The notes beneath the pieces are model-generated. The model ran no database searches and was not told the origin of the DNA. It saw only the letters and a program-made list of their open reading frames with translations. A program made the position numbers and the translations under genes. Positions 1-11,699 of a stretch of DNA of 64,000 bases are shown here, one piece after another (position 1 is the stretch's first letter; every line of letters starts with the position of its first letter). Source of the DNA: Eledone cirrhosa (taxonomy: Eukaryota); assembly GCA_964016885.1 (NCBI GenBank), contig OZ024742.1, positions 23,994,001 to 24,058,000 on the forward strand. Reading direction: 5' to 3'.

Positions 1-2
1 GT

Positions 3-65
<63 letters not shown>

Positions 66-438
66 TCTGTGTGTGTGTGTGTATGTGTGTCTGTTTGTTT
101 GTGTGTGTTTCCTTTTGGCAAGTAAATGGCTTTCATAGAAAGTTAGGTCAATGACACAGGCCAACAATGTTTCTACCATCTTTGTTTTGTTTATGTTATG
201 TTTTATTGCCTAACAAACAAAATAACAAATCACTGTAATGAGTTTATAGAATCAAAAGAAGTTACAGAAGTGTGATCATTGGTATAACGGAGTCAACGGT
301 GCTTTTGCGGATTCTTCGCATTCGTAAACACCATAACAACAACGACTACAACAACAGTAATAACGACAACAACAACAACAACAACAACAACAGCAATAAC
401 GACAACAGAAGCAATAAAGACAACATCAACAATAAATA

Positions 439-845
439 ATTGTTTCTACTTTAGGCACAAGGCCAGCAATTATCCAGTGCATTACTGGTACTTTATTCTA
501 TCGACCCCGTAAGGATGAAGGGCAAATTACCCTCGACGGAATTTAAACTGAGATCACAAAGGGCCGTAACTCAATGCTGCAAAGCATGGCGTCCGACACT
601 CTACCGATACTGGCAATCCACAATAAATATTGGTTTCTTATATAGGCACAAGGCCAGCAATTTTGGAGGAGGGGAAGTTCGATTAAATCGACACCAGTAC
701 GTGACTGGTACTTTATTTTATCGACCCCGTTAGGATGAAGGCAAAGTTAAACTCGGCGGGATTTGAACTCAGATCATAAAGGGCCGTAACTCTATACGTC
801 AAAGCATGGCGTCAGACCCTGTACCGATACTGGCAATCCACAATA
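439..845 (-). mobile_element. Two tandem copies of a tRNA-derived SINE (family A)
   Basis: Reverse complement of the repeat seen many times in the window (B-box-like GAGTTCAAATCCC, body cctttcatccttacggggtcgataaaataaagtaccag, (ATT)n tail). Confidence 0.85.
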
Positions 846-1266
846 AATAATAATATAACAAACAAAGCAAACGGAAGATCAAAAATAAAACAAAATAAAA
901 CAACAGTTTTTGCATTCTTTTTCTTTGTTCTAAAGGAATGTTTGAGATATAAATGATATGAGAGTAAACAGATAGGACTTATATCGTAAGTGGTTAAACT
1001 TAAACTGATAAAGGAAAATAGGCAAGACAGGCTACTTCACTATCATCACCACCACCATCGTTTTTACGTCCGTTTTCCCATACCTCACATGGGGTGGATG
1101 GGTTCTTTGCGGCATCTATACACTAGTTGTGTTCTTTGATTATCTCTGAAAGTTTCAGCTATCACCACATCTGCCCAGGTCTTCATAAGTCTGGTGAAAA
1201 ACTATGGTTTCTTCGCTCCCTCTCTCACTATCTTAACATCTCATTCTCTTTCTAAATATATATATA

Positions 1267-1458
1267 TAGGAACAAGTAGGACCCCGACGGCTGAGCTCAA
1301 GCCGTTTCGACGGCTAATTCTGAGTCCAGAATTAGCCGTCGAAACGGCTTGAGCTCAGCCGTCGAGGTCCTACTTGTTCCTATTACACACTTACTACCCT
1401 AAGTATTGAGTACTTTGGTGCGTTATGGTCCATCTGGTTCCTTACCACATTTCCTTCG

Positions 1459-1460
<2 letters not shown>
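1267..1460 (+). mobile_element. Short fold-back PLE terminus in (TA)n, carrying only the 3' half of an HHR
   Basis: Near-perfect palindrome 1267-1382. Right arm has GAAA-CGGCT(tgagctc)AGCCG-TC. Flanked by TA repeats. A related fragment lies at about 11578-11680. Confidence 0.65.
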
Positions 1461-1513
<53 letters not shown>

Positions 1514-1516
<3 letters not shown>

Positions 1517-2315
1517 AAAGGATAACAAGGACGATTGGTTACTCCTTCATTACATTTATTGGTAGGTGACGCGCGTTTGGCCACTGATCAGCTCAAGGTT
1601 CGATCTGTATCGATCTTACCCGACTCAATAATCGGCAGCTCGACGGAACCTTTAAAATGGTATAAGAAAATGAATACATGCTATGTGATAAAGTCAGAAG
1701 TTCATAAGTTGTACAATATGAGTTGTTTTGATTGGTGGAAAAGATCAGAGGGATGTAATGGCCTGTAGTGTATGTGGGGGTGGGTGTGATGAAAAGATGT
1801 TGGTGACGGTCGCTGGCTGCAATGGGCTGTGGTGTGGGGGTGGCAGTGCGTAATTCTTTTCTCGCGCACGCTTGACCAGGCTGGTTGTTCCTTTTTTCTC
1901 TCTTGTCTACGATTTCACAGAATTTATGTTCAGCGAATTCAGGGACTAGACTCCTTCTTCCTCCCGTTTGACCTGTGCGGAATTCCTTTCTTGCTCACAT
2001 TTCGACTAGGTTTGGTGGTCTTTATTCTCTCTCGTTCACGATTTCACCGAACTTATATTCATGGAAATCTGGGACTTGACTCTTTCTTCCTCACTTTACG
2101 TTGCATTACCACCTTTGTTTGTTTACAGTCTCGCTCGTTCCACTTATTTACGTGTCCCAACAACTCTCTTTAGCCGTTGCTCGCACCAACCGGGGGTATA
2201 TGGTCTTTAAAGCGATGAAATACCAATGAAGGTTGGAAGATCACTGATGAAGGACTAACTTTATTCATATGTAACCCATTTGCAACCACGCAGCACGTTT
2301 GCTTTCATATTCACA
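1514..2315 (-). mobile_element. Decayed PLE-like 3' end with degenerate HHR
   Basis: Bounded by (TA)n. Minus strand reads ...ggcCAAA-CGCGCG-TC-acct-accAATAAA, with no intact CUGANGA. Internal diverged direct repeat of about 120-130 bp (about 1895-2095). Confidence 0.45.
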
Positions 2316-2761
2316 TATATATATATATATATATGTTACTCTTGATTTGGCTAGAGATGTATATTTCCAGATACCTTTTAAGCGTAATTTCCGTATTTAT
2401 TATTATTATGAAATATTGATTGTTATTTTGGTATCATATCTCTGTTTTTAGCCTAAGAAAATATCTATATGCGTGTATAATTAATACATGCATACATTTA
2501 TTTTTTTTAAATCTAATTGAGTTCTTAACATGCAATGTTAAAATTGTTGAAAAAATTAATTGACCCACGTGTATATTATTTTACTTTCTTGTGTTTCGAG
2601 ATTGCCTCCCTTTTCCGCTTCGTGACGCTGTGAAATTCCTCATTCTGAGACTGCTGGAATTTCAAATTTGGCGGTCATTATGATGCGTGGAGGGACAATT
2701 GGCTGACACGAAAACTGACAGTGGTAAGAGATTTTTTTCTTATATCAATGTTTGACGGGCA

Positions 2762-2883
2762 TCCACTGATGATTTATAAGTTCCAACCTGCATGTGTTCT
2801 TACAGAAAAATATGCAGGCTTCTACATAACCCGGACACATTCTCCCAACTTGTAGAAAACTTATAATGAAACAATTGTTTGGA
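2762..2883 (+). ncRNA. Type I hammerhead ribozyme with branched stem II insert
   Basis: TCCA-CTGATGA(2766)-tTTATAAG...CTTATAAt-GAAA(2868)-CAATTG-TT-TGGA, with two internal hairpins. Lies in a TA-flanked element at about 2335-3070. Confidence 0.7.
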
Positions 2884-3066
2884 AAGAGAGATATATTTTA
2901 ATTTTAATTATATCTCATATAAAATAATACAACTGGCTTTCCACAAAATACATATAGTTAGCACCCCAAACATAAAATTGGGATTATACTAAGGTATATA
3001 CTAATGTTTGTTGAGTGAGATGGTAGCCAGTCAGAGTATAGCTTAAGGCTTTCTCTGTTAATGTAT

Positions 3067-3121
<55 letters not shown>

Positions 3122-3122
<1 letters not shown>

Positions 3123-3632
3123 AATATATTAGAAAGTGAGGTTTTTTTACAAAATGAAAAATAACCGAGGTGTCCTACACGAGTGAAAGTATAAAGAAAA
3201 AGAGATGAAATCGAAAATGCAACTGGTGTCTTATTTTTTTTTTTAAATATATATATTTATTTGGTTCCTTTACCGGTTTCGCAGTTCTTCTGCTTTTCAA
3301 AAGGTGAGTTGAGATGGAGGGTCTGTGGTTTTTCTCAGATGTGAGAAAAACCACAGACCCTCCATGTCAACTCACCTTTTGAAAAGCAGAAGAACTGCGA
3401 AACCGGTAAAGGAACCAAATAAATATATATATATTTTTTTTAAAATAAGACTCCAGTTGTATTTTCGATTTCATCTCTTTTTATTTATATAAATATATAT
3501 ATATATATTAGAAAGTGAGGTTTCTTTTTTTTTTTTTACAAAATGAAAAATAACCGAGGTGTCCTGCACGAGTGAAAGTATAAAGAAAAAAAGATGAAAT
3601 CGAAAATGCAACTGGAGTCTTATGTTTTTAAA
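3122..3632. mobile_element. Fold-back PLE terminus (palindrome about 3190-3489) plus a truncated second copy
   Basis: Arms of about 145 bp centred at about 3339, with an HHR in each arm. Partial direct repeat at 3508-3632. Same family at 13940-14085. Confidence 0.75.
3375..3412 (+). ncRNA. Minimal hammerhead ribozyme, U3-A8 core variant (inverted copy 3267-3304, another copy 14015-14051 minus)
   Basis: CCTT-TTGAAAA-GCAG-aagaa-CTGC-GAAA-CCGG-TA-AAGG, followed by AATAAA. Confidence 0.75.
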
Positions 3633-3805
3633 TATATATATTAAAATAACAGATTAAAGTTAAGTTTAAGCAAAGAATCGCTGCTTTCACACTTAACTTT
3701 AATCTGTTATTTTAATAAATATTTGCTCTACGGTTCTTATATATTTGATATATATTTATCCTTATCGAGCCCTCTTTGTATTTTAGTCTTCAAATTTATT
3801 ATTAT

Positions 3806-3847
<42 letters not shown>

Positions 3848-4015
3848 TTTATCGGAGAAAGCTAATAGCGATACTCCGGCCAAATCCCAACTCACTCAAC
3901 AAACATTAGGAAATAAGTGAGTATATTCCTAATTAAACGTTCGGGTGCTAACTAATTGTATTGTGTGGAAAATTGGCTGTATTATTTCATATGAGATATA
4001 TCAAATATATCTCTT

Positions 4016-4142
4016 CCTAGACGGACGTCTCGTTTCATTATAAGATTCCTACAAGTTGGGTGAAATTATACGAATTTATGTAGAAGCTTGTATAAGATCA
4101 ACAGATACTTATTCAAGTAGGCTCTTATAATTCTTCAGTGGG
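4016..4142 (-). ncRNA. Type I hammerhead ribozyme with branched stem II (relative of 2762-2883)
   Basis: Minus strand: ccca-CTGAAGA-ATTATAAG...CTTATAAT-GAAA-CGAGACGTCCG-TC-tagg. Downstream tail is homologous to 2884-3060. Element spans about 3847-4210. Confidence 0.7.
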
Positions 4143-4207
4143 TGCCCAATAATATTAATATTGATAATCAAATCAACATCAATATTTAGCGATAATCACC
4201 ATCAGTG

Positions 4208-4273
<66 letters not shown>

Positions 4274-4429
4274 TGAAAAAGAACAAAGGAACTATTATGA
4301 TATTATAACAAGTTTATTGCCGACAGCCGTTTCGTCCGACCACATGGTGGGACTTTTCAAGGCATATAACATGTGATTGTAAGATCATTATTTACATCAA
4401 CGTATCACTTAAGGCTAGCAGTTTGAATA

Positions 4430-5692
4430 CTACTAGATAAGGCGCTCATGATGGCAATGCGGACTGGCGGACTCGCTAGATCCCAGATTGACATAGTCCT
4501 TGCCGCTCGTAAAACAATTATCACAATTGAGGATGAATTGTGGACGCGCAAGAACACTCGTAACAATTTCGACATCACTATGAGGTCTAGCGACTCAGCG
4601 CAGGTGACAGACCTCGTCGGATTGTACTTGCTCAAGGAGCTCAACGAGCAGCTCCCACACCTCAGAGGTGGGCTATACCGTGACGACGCATTGCTTACTG
4701 TGGACTTTAAACGGCACAACCTAGAAAGAACTAGAAAGGACCTTTATAAATTCTTCAAGAATTTTAACCTATCAATAACTATGGATAGAAATAGTAAGGT
4801 AGTCAACTTTCTAGATGCCACACTAGACCTAGATAAGTTAGAATATGCACCGTACCATAAACCTAACGAAAGGCTGACATACGTCAATGCCAACTCCAAC
4901 CACCCAGGCTCAGTCCTCAAAGCAATAGTTAAAGGAGTATCTAGTAGGATTAGCGGACTATCTAGCAGCGTGACCGCATTTGAAGCGAACGCGGAATATT
5001 ACAACAAGGCGCTAGCTGGGTCAGGGCACAAAAATAAACTCCATTATGTTGAGACAGGCGGCACCACCCCGCCACCCCAACCCAGCACTGTAATCACGCA
5101 CAATATGTCCATGGGAGTTGGAAGGAGAGCTAGAAAGACGAATAGGGACAATAGGAAGTTAGATAAGAACAACAACACTCGCAACGCAGACACGGATAGG
5201 GCCCACACGCCTGGTAAGCGCTATGCCACCCCGAGCAAGTCCAACAGTGAAAACGGGGGACAGAGGCCTAGGAGACTCGAGACCAACGCACATACCACTG
5301 GGAGCACAGCAACCACACCTGGTAGAACCCGTAATAATATAGACGAAGAGAGGGTAAGCAGCATAGGGGATAGGAAACGCAGTGGAAGGAATAGAAGACG
5401 TGATAGTACCTTCTTTAACCCGCCCTTCAACTATAATGTTACTACAGACCTCCCCAAATCTTTTTTCTCTTTAATAGATAAGAACTTCTCCCCGGGTAGT
5501 AGGTACGGTAGTGTCATCAATAAGAATACTATCAAGCTATCGTACTCTACAACCCCTAGTCTGGCCTCACACCTAGCTAAGACCAATAAGAGTAAGATTA
5601 AAGAGGGACTTAAGGCCATCCGAAATAGTGAACCACGCCAGTACACACGACAACACGGGACCAACCCACTGAGTGAAAGACCCAGGGGATAG
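4430..5692 (+). pseudogene. PLE reverse transcriptase, C-terminal half and thumb (5' truncated, frameshifted from EN)
   Basis: FDITMRSSDSAQVTDLVGLYLL, GLYRDDALL, VNFLDATLDL, PYHKPNERLTYVNANSNHP, FFNPPF motifs. Confidence 0.9.
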
Positions 5693-5733
5693 TAGGCAAT
5701 AGAACCGGTCCCACTAGGCAGCCCCGCGGCCGC

Positions 5734-6210
5734 TTGGAGGGACATGCACCCCTGATTGAGGGGCATGACCCTACTAAAAAGTGTAATTGCAGAAGGAAGG
5801 ACAAATGCCCACTAGCTGGACACTGTCTTATTAGGAACGTGGTATATGCTTGTAACGTAACCACAGGCACGTATACTAAGACGTATGTGGGATCAACCGC
5901 TAACGAGTTCAAGACGAGGTTCAATGCCCACCAGCATAGCTTCAAATATGAGAAGCTTAAAAATACCACGTCGTTAGCGGGGCATATACATAGCTTAAAA
6001 CAAACAAAAACCCCCTACACACTAAGCTGGAGATGCCTTACTAAAGCTCCTCCATATAGCTCGTTGAGCAGGTGTTGTAGCCTGTGCCTATCTGAATCTC
6101 ATGACATAGTATTCTCAGGACTCAACTTGCTCGACAGGAGATCAGAAATATTCTCGTCCTGCCCCCATACCATACTTAGCTCTTTCTTTTTCTTCAGACC
6201 AGACACATAG
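5734..6210 (+). pseudogene. PLE GIY-YIG endonuclease with CxC-x5-C linker
   Basis: CNCRRKDKCPLAGHC, VVY...YVG, FKTRFNAH, LAGHI, CSLCLSE, LLDRRSE..SSCPH. Different frame from the RT. Confidence 0.9.
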
Positions 6211-7429
6211 CCCTGACACCACCCAGTCCTGCACTTGGCGGCCCCGCTGGCGAACAGGGTGCTCTTTAGTAACCCCGGCCGCATGGATGCCTCGGCTCCC
6301 CGATTGGCGATGGGGACTCTGGTGAGGAACAGACGACCCTGTGTCCCACTTGCCAACCTGGGATTGGTGGCAACATTGTTGCTGGGCACCCTGGGGGCAG
6401 CTGATGCCTGCGATGTAGGACAATGTGAGTGCCTGGAACCACGTTGACTAATCTGGGAAGGTGCCGTCGGAGGTGTATGTCAACAAACTCGAGAACATGC
6501 CCAGGGAAACAGTAACAAAACACCCAATATGGCGGCCGCTCCCTGCCTATAGCCACTCACCCCACCCCCTCCCTTAGTTAACTCCCGCCCAAATAGATGC
6601 CCCTCCCCATTCTTTTGAGTTGGTTCTTTATTGTCAGTGATTAGTTCTTTACTAATAGGAATTTTTTGTATTTCACCACAGTCGACTTGATGGGCTTGGA
6701 GAGTTGACTCCCTTGAAGTCTGACCACTCGATAAGTTAGGGGTTGTGCCCCTTGAACAGGGGTGTGTATAGCTGGTCTGCCTGCTGTCTGCTACTACCCG
6801 AGACTGGACACGGTCGTAGCCACAGGCCAGCGCGTGCGCGATAGCATAGAATGTATATTTTCTGCTAGTCACCCCGTGTAATACGATACCCTAAGATTCC
6901 ATGCATGAGATTCACCGAAGCATGCACAGTCTTAACCAGGAGATGACATGCGAACTTGAAAATACCACAAGCGAGACCCTCTGGATAACGTAGACGCCGG
7001 ACCATACCCGCAAATATATACCCTGATCTGTCTTGAATATACAGGGCTGACGGAATATGGATAACACGACCACCATCTAAGCTGGGACCGACCCATACAG
7101 CAAACAAAGAGGGGACAGCCCTTCGCTTCTGACCAGTCGCGTGTGGGCTTGGAGTTCGTAATATACCACCCCAGTCAAATCCACACTGGTTTTTGGGGTT
7201 TTTTTTTACAATATGGCATGTAGACCAATACATCCTACGTAGCGAGACCTTGGACTTAGAACCGGCAGGCTGGTCTATCGCGAAAGCATACAACCCCTGA
7301 AACTAAAAGATCGAACGGACCACATCCAGCAACCACTGGCTATTAGATCCACAGGTACATCTCCCAGAGAGACCACGCAGCTGATAGTGAATCCCAGTTG
7401 ATCCATGAACTTTTAAAACAAGACCAGCT

Positions 7430-7978
7430 GTGCCTGGAGCTATGCAGATGACCACATACGCATAATGGATATCGTGCCTGGAGCTATGCAGATGACTACA
7501 TACGCATAATGGATATCGCGCCCACACGGTCACCAGTACTGTTCATCCTGTTGTATGTATGTAAATATCGGTGTGCGGGATATCCCTGAGTACATTTTCT
7601 TGACCATCAATTGTTAATCGATTGTTTGTTAATTAGGCAGGAATATACCATTGTGTCTGTGCTAATCCTATGTGTTGCTGTGATGTGTAAAGTATCCGAG
7701 CGCGGGATATCCCTGAGCTAATTTTGCCTGACTGTTAATAGTGTTTTGATTACTTGTTAATTAGGCAGGAATATATATTATTATGTCTTTGTTAATCCTG
7801 TATCAATAATTTTATAATAATTTTTTGTGATAATACATTGTTAGATTACTGAAGCTACCTTATACCTTAATTAGGCAGGAATATATATTATTATGCCTTT
7901 GTTAATCCTGTATCAATAATTTTATAATAATTTGTTGTGATAATACATTGTTAGATTACTGAAGCTACCTTATACCTT
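7430..7978. repeat. Tandem repeats inside the PLE 3' region (44 bp x2, then about 110-130 bp units)
   Basis: tgcctggagctatgcagatgac.acatacgcataatggatatcg occurs twice. ttaattaggcaggaatata occurs three times. 7757-7866 and 7867-7978 are near-identical. Confidence 0.85.
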
Positions 7979-8841
7979 CTTAAAAATATATTTTATAATT
8001 ATTGTCTTTTTACATATGTATTTTCTTATTTACCACTTTCTTTAATCTTGCCCAACTTGATAAACTCCTTGAATTGCTCCCTAATTAAATTACTTAAATT
8101 ACTTAAATTATTGTATCTATTATGCCTAAGTTGTATCTGTTGAAGCAGCCCTTTGAAAATTCCTCGGATATCCCAAATACCGTAATTTTTAACTTTTAAT
8201 GTATAATTTTCCTCAATTCGTTTTTATATATATCCTTAAAGGCCCTCTAAAATTTTAATTCTTCGAAGGGTCTCTCGGAAGAAGTTCCTATTAAAAATAT
8301 TAAAGGGGCCTTTTCTGAGAGAATTATGGAAGGCTCTTTGAATTAACCTTTAATTGATTAGTTTCTTTCAACTTAGAAGGGAATATCAAACTTCGTAAGT
8401 TTTCTGAAATTTGTAAACGTGATCTCGGGGGAAGGTTTTTTTCTTTCGGAAAATAATTTTTTTTCTCTAGAAGGAATTTCATAGGAAACTTTATATATTT
8501 TTTAGGGAAACTTTATATTTTTATTTTTTATTTTATTAGCCTCTTAATTTCTTCTAGTCTAGTAGGTTTATTGGAGCCTGTAAGCTTTATGCACTTATTG
8601 AGGGATTTTCTAAGGTGCTTCTACGGGACCCCAAGTCTTTTAGTTTACTGTTAATGCGTAAATTATATATTATCTAATTTTTAAACTTCAATCCCTGACC
8701 CCGACAACTAATATAAAAGGGCCCCCTTAGAATATAGACCCCAACTATACAAGCGGAGTTGCTGATGTATACCACAATTTCAAACTGCTAGCCTTAAGTG
8801 ATACGTTGATGTAAATAATGATCTTACAATCACATGTTATA

Positions 8842-8888
8842 TGCCTTGAAAAGTCCCACCATGTGGTCGGACGAAACGGCTGTCGGCA
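8842..8888 (+). ncRNA. Hammerhead ribozyme of the PLE pseudo-LTR, U3-A8 variant (inverted copy 4318-4364)
   Basis: TGCC-TTGAAAA-GTCC-caccatgtggtc-GGAC-GAAA-CGGCTG-TC-GGCA, then AATAAA. Confidence 0.8.
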
Positions 8889-9043
8889 ATAAACTTGTTA
8901 TAATGTCATAATAGTTCCTTTGTTCTTTTTCACTAATATTTCTGCTCTGCGTATACGCATAGAGCTTAACTAGCTACCGTCACATATTTGGTAGGTCAGA
9001 CGTGATCATCGCGATTCACATACGACCTACCATACATCTTACT

Positions 9044-9103
<60 letters not shown>

Positions 9104-9106
<3 letters not shown>

Positions 9107-11222
9107 TTAGGTTTGTTGGTTCACCACTGGATAGAACTGGTCATTCCGTATGGTCAATCCTGGTGTAATATTGTGAAGATTACTCAACGCAGTGCAGTTC
9201 ACCCATCTTCGGTTGTGTAGTTGGTGGTGCGAATACGGAGTTAATTATAAATGTAATAACAGGAGGCTGGACTGGTGTAAATCCTTGAAAGGTTTATTAT
9301 ACTATGATCATTTCAATGACCGGGTTCCATATGAATCCGGTGATATCATCAGGTATTGGAATATAACAAAGGAATATGTAAAAACCCTTTATAATAAACC
9401 TTTCAAGGATTTACACCAGTCCAGTCTCCTGTTATTTCATTTATAATTAACTCCGTATTCGCACCACCAACTACACAAACGAAGATGGGTGAACAGCACT
9501 GCGTTGAGTACTCTTCACAATATTACACCAGGATTGACCATACGGAAACACCAGTTCTATCCAGTGGTGAACCAACAAACCTAAAGAAATAATGCTCCTA
9601 TAATGTTGAGCACTTCAAAATGTATTATTGAACAGCGGCACTGACTTCAGTGTACAGCTATTACCAGCATAGGATTAACTGATCTACTTACCATTCCGAT
9701 TTTGGCTGCTCTGCGCCTTATTTACCGCCACCTGATATTATTTCCTTGTCGGGATGATTCCGGTTACGACAAAACTCTACGTATTTTACTAAAACATGTA
9801 TTGTATTGACTGAATGCTCTACTCTATACCTCAGGACTTTTTGTGACTCGCACTGAACTTTACACTAGGTACAACCTATTACCATTCCATCTCATCCATC
9901 CTCTATATCTATTTCTATATGTACAACTTGTATTATTTTACTACAACTTGATCTATATTGATTCTTATTTACCTTTATTAATAATTTTTTTCTATCTCAT
10001 TAATGTATATTTTATTATTTTTTATTATTTTATTAATGTATTTTCCTCAATGTATTCTATCTTTATATTATTTTTTCATATTATTTTTTTGTAATTTTTT
10101 CCTTACTCAGTTCATAGCCCCCTACCCACCTAAGATCCACACTACCTATAACCTGGACTAACTGGAATTTAAAATAATTTTGGTCTATTTGCACTTTTCA
10201 GTGGGTTGTTACCTTCGACTTGTGTGGTGATCTTTCCCGGTTGCGAGCTGGGCACTCTAAAAGTTCAGCCTTCCTTGAGTGCTCGGAAAAATAAATTTCT
10301 CCTCTTTCGGTAAATGAAATTACTCGGAGCGGGGGCTTTGTCCCGGTCCCACCGCGCCGCCTGTTTTGGCCGCCACATTATACTTGTACAAACTCCAGGT
10401 TTGGGCATGACTATTAGCTGTGTCATGCCTCCATTGACACGTAAATAAAACCCTAATGTGTGATTTAATAGTATTCGTGGTATAGACGATGGCCCGTCGA
10501 AATTGTGGAGTTCCCGCTAGCGATCCCGGGGCCAAAGTGAGCTACGTTCCTAGAGTACTCGGAAAAATTAATTTCCATTTCTTTCGCTGGACGATACCAC
10601 TCGAGACTGGCTGACTCATGGTGGTGGGTGTGCTGGCTGGGACTCCCAATCGAAATCTTTACTCTATATCCCATCCTAATATCAAAAAAAAATTTTTTTT
10701 TTTCATATAAGACTCTCTCCGTATTTTTCAATTTACCATTTTGCAATTTAATATTTTTAATTTAATTTAATTTCATCCTATAACTCGCAACATAAATTTA
10801 ACGTTCCAATCTTAGGTTCACACATTACACAATACAGACACCCATTATAGATTCTTTGGGTAGCATTTTTTCGCGGCATTTTCTAACATGAGTGTAGTTT
10901 GACCCTTACACTACACTTCTTTCTCCCTTTTTTTCTTTCTTCCCCTTCTTCTTTGACGCAGTGGTGATAGCGCATTGTAAGCCTTCGTCCCCTCACCAGA
11001 TATTCATTGGTAGTTTTTAGTTGACAACACTTTGAGGGCGGCTGGCTGAGAAGCTAGTCGGTCAGCCGACTGATTTTTCGGACCCATGGCTTTTTACATA
11101 TTCCTTTGTTATATTCCAATACCTGATGATATCACCGGATTCATATGGAACCCGGTCATTGAAACGATCATAGTATAATAAACCTTTCAAGGATTTACCC
11201 CAGTCCAGCCTCCTGTTATTTC

Positions 11223-11229
<7 letters not shown>
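9104..11229 (+). mobile_element. Non-coding HHR-bearing element (retrozyme-like or non-autonomous PLE), unit about 1.78 kb with 5' inverted segment
   Basis: Direct repeat 9390-9445 / 11174-11229. 9104-9384 is the reverse complement of 11091-11173 joined to 9390-9587. No RT or EN motifs seen. TA flanks. Confidence 0.75.
11119..11176 (+). ncRNA. Hammerhead ribozyme (inverted copy 9299-9356)
   Basis: ATAC-CTGATGA-tatcACCGG...CCGGTcatt-GAAA-CGATCA (TGATCA in the inverted copy)-TA-GTAT-AATAAA. Confidence 0.75.
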
Positions 11230-11312
<83 letters not shown>

Positions 11313-11699
11313 AATTCCGTGGAACTAAATCTAAACCGAACTCGTCCTTTGGATTAAGTGTTCTACTAAACTCCCGGTTTTTTTACTATTGTATATATAT
11401 ATGTGTGTGTGTGTGTGTGTTTGTATGTGCCTGTGTGTCTGTGTGTGTATGTGTGTATGTGTGTGAGCAACAGGCAAACAGAAATAACAAAGCAAACGAT
11501 ATAGTACAATGAAGAAATATATTATTAGTTTTAACGCTTGCTATATACATATATATTATATATATATATGTATATATGGAGGAAAAGAGTCAGAACACCC
11601 ACGGCAGAGCTCAAGCCATTTCAACAGTTTTTTCTGGACACTATGTGGTCCACCAGGTTCCTTACCAAACTCCCTTCGTTATATATATATATATATATA

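Larger units (their letters stand above)
4267..9044 (+). mobile_element. 5'-truncated Penelope-like retrotransposon with inverted 5' pseudo-LTR, inserted in (TA)n
   Basis: 4267-4427 is the reverse complement of 8779-8939 (one mismatch seen). RT and GIY-YIG coding region, HHR in the repeat, (TA)n on both sides. Confidence 0.92.

Noticed and set aside
2240-2270. CTGATGA hammerhead core on the plus strand
   Set aside because: No stem II or GAAA partner found nearby.
3190-3489. Palindromes interpreted as MITEs or DNA transposons
   Set aside because: Asymmetric tails, variable inversion points and embedded HHR plus AATAAA fit PLE inverted termini better.
6235-6447. 70-aa ORF with a hydrophobic, signal-peptide-like stretch after the PLE EN
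   Set aside because: Short, non-ATG start and no recognisable homology. Kept only as part of the unexplained 3' region.
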